Positions 37,701 to 49,700 of a DNA stretch of 63,101 nucleotides are shown here, piece after piece. The notes under the pieces were generated by a model. The model was not told where the DNA came from. It did not search any database and worked only from the letters and a program-made list of their open reading frames with translations. This DNA is from Chiloscyllium plagiosum. Taxonomy: Eukaryota. Within the stretch, counting starts at the first letter, position 1; every line of letters starts with the position of its first letter. The DNA lies in the NCBI RefSeq assembly GCF_004010195.1, contig NC_057719.1, positions 5,327,928 to 5,391,028 of the forward strand. The letters are read 5' to 3'. The position numbers were made by a program, and so were the translations under genes.

Positions 37701-40700
37701 TCACACACACACATCCTCTCAAACGCATATACTCCCGTCACACTTGTGCACACATTCTACCAAGCATACACACACACATGTACACACACATGTAAGTCGA
37801 TGGGGTGAATTTGCATTTGTAGATTTGTATTTGCAGATACATTCTATTTTATTCAAAAAGTACCCAATCTGTAGGCAGTGAGTCCATGTGACATTTTATA
37901 AATGGAAATAGAACCAATCTGACACAAGGTTGGGATACAGACAGACCCTAATCTCACACCTTTCATCATTGTCTGAGGTGTCACTATTTTTTATAGTGAG
38001 TAAACCTTAAGTTGTCTCGGGACTGTGACTTGAAAGATGTTCCGGGATTTACATATTAACCAATCGAAACCTGCACCCCATTCTAAGTGATTAAAGACTT
38101 AACAGCAATCTAAGTTTGTTCAATACATTGCATTACTTGATCTTATACTATAAATTCTGTGTCCTATGATCCCACTCCACTAGTTTCCTGACAAAGGAAC
38201 AGTGCTCTGAAAGCTTGTGCTTTCAAATAAATGTGCTGGACTATAACATGGTGTTATATGTGATGTTTACATTATGAGAGGCGTAGATAGGGTGGATAGT
38301 CAGAGTCTTTTTCCCAAGGTGGAAAAGTCAAACATTAGAGGGCATAGAATAGAATCCTTACAGTGTGGAAAGAGGCCATTTGGCCCACAAGTCCACATCG
38401 ACCCTCCAAAGAGTAAACCATCCACACTCATTCCCCTACATTAACCTCTGACTAACCTATACATTCCTGAATGCTATGGGCAATTTAGCATGGCCAATTC
38501 ACCTAATCTGCACATCTTTGGACTGTGGGAGGAAACCGGACCACCCAGAGGGAACCCACACAGACATGGGGAGAATATGCAAACTCCACACAGACAATCG
38601 CCAGAGGTTGAAGTTGAACCCAGGTTCCTGGCACCGTGAGGCAGAAGCGCTAACCACTGAGCCACCGTGTTGCCCATTTAAGTTGAGAGGGGGAATGTTT
38701 AGAGGAGATGTACGAGGATGGAGGTAGGTGCCTGGAACATATCACCAGAAGAGATGGTAGAAGCAGATATGCTAGCAAAGTTTTAAAAAGCATTCAGACA
38801 GACACACGGACAGGCAAGGAATCAAGGGATATGGTCCACTTGCAGGCAGAAAGGAATTGTTTAGAATATCATTTAGGCATGGTAGCACAGACACCGTGGG
38901 CCAAAAGCTTGCTCCTATGATGTACTGTTCAATGGTCTAAAGAATTTAAGAACAGTGAAGATATGCTGGAACTGCCGAAAAGTTAATTATACCACAACTT
39001 AAAGCACGGTGCGCAGTTCTGGTATTCACTTTATTGGAGGGATGTGATAGCATTGGAGAGAGTACAGAGGAGATTTACCAAGATGTTGTTTGGACTTTAA
39101 AGTTTTTGGTATGAAGACAAATTGGATAGGCTGGAGGTGTGTTCCTCTGAGCAGAGGAGGTTCAAGAGTGGAGGGACATGATTGAGATGTACAAAATTAT
39201 GAGGTGCACAAATAGGATAGGCAGGAAGAAATTTTTCCCTTGTTGGGGGGATCAAGGACCAGGGAGCATAGAGTTAAGGCAGGGGCAGAAGATTTAGAGG
39301 GAACATGAGGAAAAACATTTGCGCTCAGTGAGAATCTGGAAATCACTGCCTGCAAAGGTGGTAGAGCCAGAAACCCTCATTAATACTTAAGAAGATTTTA
39401 GAGATACACTTGCAATGCCAAGGCTGACAAGGCTATGTGCTGGAAAATGGATTTAGAATAGTTAGATGTTTTTTTTTTGACTAGCACAAAATTGGTGGGC
39501 TAAAGCGCCTTTTTCTGTGCTCTATAAAGGAGACTGTGTTATTTATCATTGAAAGATATGATTACTTCCCGGTTTTTCAAATGTCTAAATCATGTTTCCC
39601 ATTTCTCAAACTCTTTCTGCCTTTGGAGCAAACTGTCCACTTCCTCTCATAATTCTTATCTTGCAACCTTGTTATCTTCCACCAGTCTGAAGACAGCCAT
39701 CTGCTGTTCAACCTGTTTAATATCTTCCTTGCTCCTGCCTTCAATGCACTCATTGCTCCAAATCCCTTACTGTAAACACCCAACTCTTCTACAATTCTCA
39801 ATACAAAAACATTTTTATGCAAGTTAAAGCAACTTACACTCTACATTCTCACAGAAATGAGAAGATAATGCCATATTTCTCTTTTCAACAAGAAAATCCC
39901 CCCCCCCCACTATGCATCCTACTTAATAGTCGTGTGTATCTAAAGCATTTTGCAATTTGGCCAATATATACTGAGGTCATTGTTGTTTTACTTTTTAAGA
40001 GTCTACAATTTTCACCCTAGAATTCGGCTCAGTTCATAGTACTCCCACCACTGAGTTGACATGTTGAGGATTCAAGGTCCACTCCAGAAATTTCAGTACA
40101 ATATCTAGGTCAACATTGCCAGTGTGTACTGCAAGTGCTACACTATTAGACACACTGTCTCTCAAATGAGACATCAAGCAGAGGCTCTGCTTGATCCTTG
40201 AGTGGATTTAATGGAACCCACAGCCATAACATGAAAAGAATCAAGGCATTAGTGTCCTGGTAAAATTCACCCTGTCACCAATAATGCCAAAAACAGCATC
40301 TGTACACTTATTCCTTGTTGTTTGCATTATATGCAATTTGGCTATTGAGTTTCCCATATCACAACAATAATTGCACTTCAAAAAAAACAGCATTGGCAGT
40401 AAAGAACTCTGGGATGCTCTGAGGGTGTAAAAATGTGTTATGTAAACGCATGGTTCTTTTTAAATAATTTACTGTTGGTAAAATTATTCACACAAAAATT
40501 CTTTAGTTGTAGTCTAAAACTACTCAAGCTTTGTATCTCTGAATCTTACTGCAGCTCCTAATAGCTTCTGATGCAGTAATTCCACAGGGCCAGAAGACTG
40601 GAACATCACCACGATGTGCTTCAACTGCATCTCCGAAATCTGGGTTTAGCATGTCTTCAATTCCAATTAACCCTGAGGATGGTAAAGTGAACTAGTTGAA

Positions 40701-43700
40701 TAAACATGTAGGATGTTTACTGGAGAAACATTTTTAAGAAAAAAAAGTTTAAAAAAACACAAATGCAAAGTTCAAAACAAATGTTAACACTTTTCCAGAT
40801 CGAGATTCTGACTTGTAGGATAATTTCCAAATTTAATCTACTGCAGAGACTATGCATATCCATTAATCAAAAATGATTACCTTGGGCAGGAATAAAATTC
40901 ATAATTCAAATGGCTGTGGGGAGGTTGCTTTCAATAGACATTTAATTTCCTCCACACTATTTTAATTCATATGGTTAGAATGCAACTGGGTTAGAAAGCT
41001 CAGATAGTTGGATGGCTTGTTTGCAATGTGGTGTGATATCAATAAATTGGGTTCAATTCCTACAACGGCTAAGGTTACCATGAAGGACTATGTTTCTGAA
41101 CCTTTCGCTTAGCCTGAGGCACAGTGACACTGAGGTTAAACCACTAATGGCCATCTCTCTCTAATGAGACAGCAGCCAATGGTCTGGTGGGATAATGACA
41201 ACTTTACCTTTTTAATTACCAATTGAATTTGAGGACCCATGTACATGCATAATTAAAACGACAGTAATCAGGGATTTAAAAGTGATAGAAAAGGCTAGCA
41301 GTCCTCTCGTTATAACAGCTAATATTCTAAGTATTAAGAACAAGTTTTGTCAGAAATATGCAAAGCCCTGGTGAGACCATATCTACAGTATTGTGTACAG
41401 TTGTAGTCATTATAGACCATAAGACATAGGAGTTGAAGTAAGGCCATTCGGCCCATCGAGTCCACTCCGCCATTTAATCACGGCTGATAGACATTTCAAC
41501 TCCACTTACCCGCATTCTCCCCGTATCCCTTAATTCCTTGCGAGATCAAGAATTTATCAATCTCTGCCTTGAAGATATTTAACGTCCGGCCTCCACTGCG
41601 CTCCGTGCATTCCACAGGCCCACCATTCTCTGGCTGAAGAAATGTCTCATTTCCGTTCTAAATTGAACCCCTCCAATTCTAAGGCCGTGCCCAACGGTCC
41701 TAGTATCTCCGCCGAATGGAAACAACTTCCCAGTGTCCACCCTTTTTGGCCATGCATTATCTTGCAAGTTTCTATTAGATCTTCCTTCAACCTTCTAAAC
41801 TCTAATGAATAATATCCCAGGATCCTCAGCCATTCATCGTATGTTAGGCCTACCATTCCAGGGATCATCCATGTAAATCACTGCTGGACAGTGCCAGTAT
41901 GTCCTTCCTGAGGTGTGGGGCCCAAATTTTGACACAATACTCTAAATGGAGCCTAACTAGCGCTTTATAAAATCTCAGAAGCACATCGCTGCTTTTATTT
42001 TCCAACCCTCTTGAGACAAAAGACAACGTTACACTCACTTTCTTAATCACGGACTCAACCTGCAAGTAAACCTTTAGAGAATCTTGGACTAGCACTCCCA
42101 GATCCCTTTGTACTTCGGCTTTATGAATTTTCTCACCATTTAGAAAATAGTCCATCCCTGTATTCTTTTTTCCAAAGTGCAATACCTCGCATTTGCTCAC
42201 GTTGAATTTCATCAGCCGTTTCCTGGGCCACTCTCCTAAACTGTCTAAATCTTTGTGCAGAGCTGAAAATGTGTTGCTGGAAAAGTACAGCAGGTCAGGC
42301 AGCATCCAAGGAACAGGAGAATCGACGTTTCGGGCATAAGCCCTTCTTCAGAAACGTCGATTCTCCTGTTCCTTGGATGCTGCCTGACCTGCTGCGCTTT
42401 TCCAGCAACACATTTTCAGCTCTGATCTCCAGCATCTGCAGTCCTCACTTTCTCCTCGAAGATTAAATCTTTGTGCAGCCTCCCCACCTCTTCAGTACTA
42501 CCTGCCTGTCCACCTAACTTTGTATCATTGGCAAACTTCACCAGAATGCCCCCAGTCCCTTCAGCCAGATCATTAATAGTGAACAGCTGTGACCCCAACA
42601 CCGAACCCTGCAGGATAACACTTGTCACTGGCTGCCATTCCAAAAAAGAACCTTTTATCCCAACTCTGTCTTCTGTCAGACAGCCAATCCTCAAGCTCAC
42701 CTTGAACACCGTGGGCCCTCAACTTACTCAGCAGCCTCCCATGAGGCACCTTATCAAAGGCCTTTTGGAAGTCTAGATATAAAACATCCATTGGGTTTCC
42801 CTGGTCTAACCTACTTGTTACCTCTTCAAAGAATTCTAACAGGTTTGTCAGGCATGACCTCCCCTTATTAAATCCATGCTGACTTGTTCTAATCCAACCC
42901 TGCACTTCTAAGAATTTAGATGGATTATAGAATTATATCAACAACTGAGGTTAGGCTAATCAACCGGTAATTTTCCATCTTTTGTTTTGATCCTTTCTTG
43001 AACAATGGGGTTACAACAGCGATTTTCCAATCATCTGGGACTTTCCCTGATTCCAGTGACTTTTGAAAGATCACGACCAATGCCTCCGCTATTTCCTCAG
43101 CCACCTCCTCAGAACTCTAGGATTTAGTCCATCCAGGCCAGGATATTTATCAATTTTTAGATCTTTTAGCTTTTCGAGCACTTTCTCTTTTGTAATGGCT
43201 ACCATACTCAACTCTGCCCCTGACTCTCCTTAATTGTTGGGATATTACTCCTGTCCTCCACTGTGAAGACTGACGCAAAGTACTTATTAAGTTCTTCAGC
43301 TATTTCCTTATCTCCCATCACTAGCCTTCCAGCTTCAATTTGGAGAAGCCCAATGTCTACTTTTGCCTCTCGTTTCTTATGTATTGAAAGAAACTTTTAC
43401 TATCATTTCTAATATTACTGGTTGGCCTATGTTCATATTTGATCCTCTCCTTCCTTATTTCTCTCTTTGTTATCCTGTTTATTTTTGTAGCCTTCCTAAT
43501 CTTCTGATTTCCCAGTGCTCTTGGTCACTTTATAGGCTCTTTCACTTTCTTCGATACATTTCCTGACTTCCTTTATCAGCCATGGCTGTCTAATGCCCCC
43601 AGATAATCTTTCTTTTCTTTGGGATGAACTTGTGTACTATGTCCTCAATTACACCCAGAAACCCCTGCAATTGTTGTTCTCCTGTCTTCTCCGCTAGGCT

Positions 43701-46700
43701 CTGCTTCCAGCTGATTTTCATATGTTCCTCTCCCATGCCCTTGTAATTACCTTTATTTAACAGTAACACCATTACATCTGATTTTGCTTTCTCTCTTTCA
43801 AACTGCACACTGAACATTACCATATTATGATCACAGCCTCCTAAGTGTTCCTTTACTTTAAGATCTTTTATAAAGTCTGGCTCATTACATAGCATTAAGT
43901 CCAGAATAGCCTGCTCCTTTGTGGGCTCCATCATAAGCTGTTCCAAAAAGCCATCCTGTAAGCATTCCATGTATTCCCTTTCTTTGAATCCACTGGCAAC
44001 ATTATTCACTCAGTCCACCTGCATATTGAAGTCGCCATGATCACTTTGACTCTGCCTTTCTGATATACCCTATCTATTGTCCAATACATCTTTCGCTCCT
44101 GGTCCTGACCACCATTACGAGGTCGGTATATAACTCCATTATGATTTTTTTCCCTTTGTGGTTTCTCAACTCCACCCACACTGACTCCACATCATCTGAC
44201 CCCTTGTCATTCATTGCCATTGATTTAATTCCATTCTTAACTAATGTTCTTAACAGACAGATGTATAGCACAGAAACAGACCCTTCGGTCCAATTCGGCT
44301 ATGCTGACCAGATATCTCAACCTAATCTAGTCCCACCTGCCAGCACCTGGCCCATATCTCTCCAAACACTTCCTCTTCATATATCTATCCAGACGCCTTT
44401 TAAATGTTGCAAGTGTACAAGCCTCCATCAAGTCCTCTGAATATATATATATATATACCACCCTCTGCGTGAAAAGGTTGCCTCTTAGATCGGGGCACAA
44501 CATCTCAAAATACGTATTGATTATGGAAGATGTGGACCAGAGGTTTACCAGAATGTTACCAACACTTGAAGAGTTAGATTTTAAAATATTTATTCATAGG
44601 ATGTGAGTGGTGCTAGTTGGACTGGCCCAGCATTTATTGCCCACTCCTAGTGCCCTTGAGAAAATGATGATGAGATGCCTTCTTGAATCACTGCAGTCGA
44701 TATGTTGTAGGTAGACCCACAATGTCATTAGGCAGAGAATTCTAGGATTTTGGCCCAGTGACAGTGAAGGAACAGTGATATTTTTCCAAGTCAGGATGGT
44801 GAGAGGCTTGGAGGACAGCCTGCAGGTGTGGTGTTCCTATATGTATTCTGCCCATGTCATTTTGGTTGGAAGTAATCATGGGTTTGAAAGATACTGTTTG
44901 AGGAGCCTTGATGAATTTATGCACTGCATCATGTAAATGGTATACATTGCTGTTTGGAGGTTGGTGGTGAAGGAGGGACTGAATGTTTGCGGATGTGGTG
45001 CCATGTGAATTGCTTTATCCTAGATGGTGTCACACTTCTTGAGTGTTTTTGGAGCTGCACTCATCCAGGCAGGAGGTGAGTATTCCGTCACACTCCCGAC
45101 TTGAGCCTTGTTGATGATGGACAGGTTTTGGGAGTCAGGAGGGCAGTTACTTATTGCAGGATTCCTAGTCTTTGCCCTGCTCTTGTAGCCACTGTTAAGA
45201 TCAAAAAGTTTAGTTCAGCTTTAGTTCAGTTCAACCCTAGGTTGCTGAAAATGAGGGATCCAGTGATGATTAAGCCATTGAATGTCAAGAGACTATGGAC
45301 ATATTCTCTTTTGTTAAAGACAGTCATTGCCTAGTATTTGTATGGTGCAAATGTCACTTTAAGCTGGAGCTGGATATTGTCCAGGTTTTGCTGCATTTGG
45401 ACATGGGACTGTTCCAGTGCCTGAGAAGTCATGAGTGATGTTGAACATTGTGCAGTCATCAACGAACATCCCAGCTTTGGCCTTATGATGGAAGGATGAA
45501 GTAGCTGAGGATGATTGGACCTTCGACGGTACCCTGAGAAATTCCTATGAGATGTCCTGGAACTGAGATGACTGCCTTCCAACAACCACAACTATCTTCA
45601 TTTGCACCAGATATGACTCCAACCAGTGAAGAGTTTTCCCTGATTCCTTGACTTGTTTTGCTGTGGGTTCTTGATACCATACTCAGTCAAATAAGCCCTT
45701 TATGTCAAGGGCTGTCAGTGTCTCCTCAACTCTGGAATTCAGCTCTTTACGGGATGAGATTACACAAACTAGGTTTACATTTCCTGAACCATGGTAAAAT
45801 GTGAAATTTCTTGTAATTTTGAAACTTATCCCACTAGCTGGTGAGTCTAGGACACAGAAGACATAAACTTAAAATCAAAAACAGATCATTCAGGAGAACT
45901 GGTTGAGAGTCCTATCAACAAAACATAAATGAAAGAAGACTGAAACTCTCTTGCAAGAAGCAATAGATACGAGTCCTGTGTTCAGTAGCACCAATCATTA
46001 ATCATTCGGAGCTCCTTTTCCACATTTGTGGGAGAGGACAGAGACTGCTCTGAATGTGGCTTTCATGTGAAGCCCTGAATTACAGCTCAGACTGGAGGTC
46101 AGTGACATTTTACCTTTCCCACTAAAGTACATGATATTTATACATACTGCATTAGAATGGTTACATGCAACATTTACATCAGTGTTTACATCAGTCTAAC
46201 CTAAACATGCAATTCTGTGAATACAAAATCGATGATGGACAACTTCATGATGGTCACATTAGGTCCTCCCAACATCTTGTGGTATTTGCCAGACCCCCAT
46301 CTGCTGTCCTTGGGCTCTTACAATTCTTGACCACATTCCAACACCAATTGTTATGTCCCTTCCTCGACATTTGTCAGTTGCATCAATTACTTGCTTATTA
46401 ATAATGACTTCACAAATTCAGTCATGCAATTCATATCCCTTACTCATCTTAGTACAAAAGATTAAAAAAGGATGTTAATTGCTAACAATTATTATAATAT
46501 TTGGATATTTCAGCTCTAATATAAAGTTATTTATAACATTATACACAATTAAACCTATTATTATAATTCAGTGACAAAGCTAACCATCTTGGGAGCAGGT
46601 CTCCTCTTATCCAATTTGCAAATGGGCAGTTGTTTATTTTCTCAAGGTCATAGTGACACTGTTTCAAAATTATTTCTGCCCACTGCCCCACTCCCCCCCG

Positions 46701-49700
46701 CTATATTATTTGTCTCTCGATGTTCTTACAAGATTATCTTGTTAACACCTTTTGTTGTTCTAATCTTCTTGCTGACAGAGAGAAAAGTTTCTTCAAGGAT
46801 GTCTGTGGATTTTGGGCAGGAGGTAGAAACGGGCGGTGCGGGGTTGTGGGACTATGAAGTTGGAGGCGGTGGATGGGAGATCCCCGGAGGTGATGAGGTT
46901 ATGGATGGTATGGGAGATGATGGTTTGGTGGTGGGAGGTGGGGTCATGGTCAAGGGGGCAGTAGGAGGAGGTGTCCGCAGGCTGGCGTTTAGCCTCAGCA
47001 ATGTCAAGATCGGGGTGTAAAATCAACAAACCTGAGTGCCCAGGCCGACCCATTGTCTCAGCCTGCTCCTGCCCCACCGAACTCATCTCTGCATACCTCG
47101 ACACGGTCCTGTCCCCCTTAGTCCAAGAACTCCCCACCTATGTTTGGGACACCACCCACACCCTCCACCTCCTCCATGATTTTCGCTTCCACGGCCTCCA
47201 ATGCCTTATCTTCACCATGGACATCCAGTCCCTATACACCTCCATCCCACATCACGAAGGCCTCAAAGCCCTCCGCTTCTTCCTTTCCCACCGTACTAAC
47301 CAGTACCCTTCCACTGACACCCTCCTTCGACTGACTGAACTNNNNNNNNNNNNNNNNNNNNNNNNNNNNNNNNNNNNNNNNNNNNNNNNNNNNNNNNNNN
47401 NNNNNNNNNNNNNNNNNNNNNNNNNNNNNNNNNNNNNNNNNNNNNNNNNNNNNNNNNNNNNNNNNNNNNNNNNNNNNNNNNNNNNNNNNNNNNNNNNNNN
47501 NNNNNNNNNNNNNNNNNNNNNNNNNNNNNNNNNNNNNNNNNNNNNNNNNNNNNNNNNNNNNNNNNNNNNNNNNNNNNNNNNNNNNNNNNNNNNNNNNNNN
47601 NNNNNNNNNNNNNNNNNNNNNNNNNNNNNNNNNNNNNNNNNNNNNNNNNNNNNNNNNNNNNNNNNNNNNNNNNNNNNNNNNNNNNNNNNNNNNNNNNNNN
47701 NNNNNNNNNNNNNNNNNNNNNNNNNNNNNNNNNNNNNNNNNNNNNNNNNNNNNNNNNNNNNNNNNNNNNNNNNNNNNNNNNNNNNNNNNNNNNNNNNNNN
47801 NNNNNNNNNNNNNNNNNNNNNNNNNNNNNNNNNNNNNNNNNNNNNNNNNNNNNNNNNNNNNNNNNNNNNNNNNNNNNNNNNNNNNNNNNNNNNNNNNNNN
47901 NNNNNNNNNNNNNNNNNNNNNNNNNNNNNNNNNNNNNNNNNNNNNNNNNNNNNNNNNNNNNNNNNNNNNNNNNNNNNNNNNNNNNNNNNNNNNNNNNNNN
48001 NNNNNNNNNNNNNNNNNNNNNNNNNNNNNNNNNNNNNNNNNNNNNNNNNNNNNNNNNNNNNNNNNNNNNNNNNNNNNNNNNNNNNNNNNNNNNNNNNNNN
48101 NNNNNNNNNNNNNNNNNNNNNNNNNNNNNNNNNNNNNNNNNNNNNNNNNNNNNNNNNNNNNNNNNNNNNNNNNNNNNNNNNNNNNNNNNNNNNNNNNNNN
48201 NNNNNNNNNNNNNNNNNNNNNNNNNNNNNNNNNNNNNNNNNNNNNNNNNNNNNNNNNNNNNNNNNNNNNNNNNNNNNNNNNNNNNNNNNNNNNNNNNNNN
48301 NNNNNNNNNNNNNNNNNNNNNNNNNCTTCTTGACCTGCAATCTTCTTCCCGACCTCTCCGGCCTATCACCCTCACCATAACGTCCTTTCACCTATCGCAT
48401 TCCCAACGCCTCTTCCCCAAGTCCCTCCTCCCTACCTTTTATCTTAGCCTGCTTGGCACACCTTCCTCATTCCTGAAGAAGGACTTATGCCCGGAACGTC
48501 GATTCTCCTGCTCCTTGGATGCTGCCTGACCTGCTGTGCTTTTCCAGCAATACATTTTTCAGTACTTGAATTCTAGTCCCAGCTTACTAAGACTCAGAGG
48601 CATTTTGTTATCTGTCTGTGAAGGCCATGATTTGAGCTATATGAAATTCTAAAATTTTCTTTGATTGTCTACGTCAGTTTAAAAAAAACCTTAATAGCCA
48701 TTTTGTCATATTCAGGCATAGGCAACTACCAACAGATATCAATAGATTTTTGACAACTGGGTATTAGTGATGTAGAGCCAGGGTGAGTGGGTGTTATTAG
48801 GATATATGTTTGCCAAGGCCTCAGTGAATAATTGAATGGGCTCTAGGGATTGATTGGCCTTTTCCAGTTCCTAAGCTTAAGTCCCAAAATCAAGAACAGG
48901 GAAGTCAGCCCTTTTTGCATTCTTTCTTCGGGTGAAAACGCAATGTGAAATTGAAACTAAAAATGTGCTGGTAAAACTCAGCAGGTCTGGCACAATCTGT
49001 GGAGAGAGAAACAAAATTAATATTTTGATCCAGTACCACTCTTCTTCTGAATCTTACCTGGATGGCCGATGTGCACAGGGGCACCATGAGCATCCTTCAT
49101 GTGATGAGTTACTTGCACAACTGCATCGAGCTTCTCCACAGGGATAGGTCGCATAGTGACCACCATGTTACACTGGAAACCACCAACACTGACACATGGA
49201 ATAGATGTCTGCCGCAGCCAAGGGGAGGGGGTGGAGTGCAGCGTGAAGAAACAGAAATAACATAAAATGGTTTTGCCATCGGGAAATAAAATCTTTGATT
49301 TGCCAGCACAGGGCACAAGATTTCATAGGATGCAAGTGAGCAACATCAAGAGGGACATACGTGCAACCACATACCCAGGTTCACACAACTGCTTAGCCTG
49401 TTCTAACCTTGGCCAGAGGCCTTTAATCCCCCTTGACCAGCTGTCAGGTGTCCAATGTTTTAGTAATGATTCATTGCCACAGGAAATACAATGAAGTCTG
49501 CTGCCTGTTCGGTTAACGTGGCAATATTTTAATACCGAACCAACAGACTATGGTCAGCTGCATGGAGGTGGGATAGTTCATACCTGTAAGAGGAATACAT
49601 GAGTAAGGCTTGCTTCTCAGCAGTCAGGCTGACAATCAAGTTAGGATTGTCAGTCGGGTTCACAGTGTGGTGTGCTTGCATGTGCCGGATGCTATGTATA

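Larger units (their letters stand above)
35965..39530 (+). mobile_element. CR1-like LINE fragments with nested Penelope palindrome and SINE
   Basis: [40 protein letters not shown] sequence resumes after 38272. Confidence 0.75.

Noticed and set aside
37311..37795. His/Thr- and Val/Cys-rich ORFs
   Set aside because: Translations of (CA)/(GT) microsatellite-like sequence.
46971..48391. Long ORFs of 360-469 aa in the ORF track
   Set aside because: Artefacts of translating the N gap; only the ~107 aa Penelope RT part is real.
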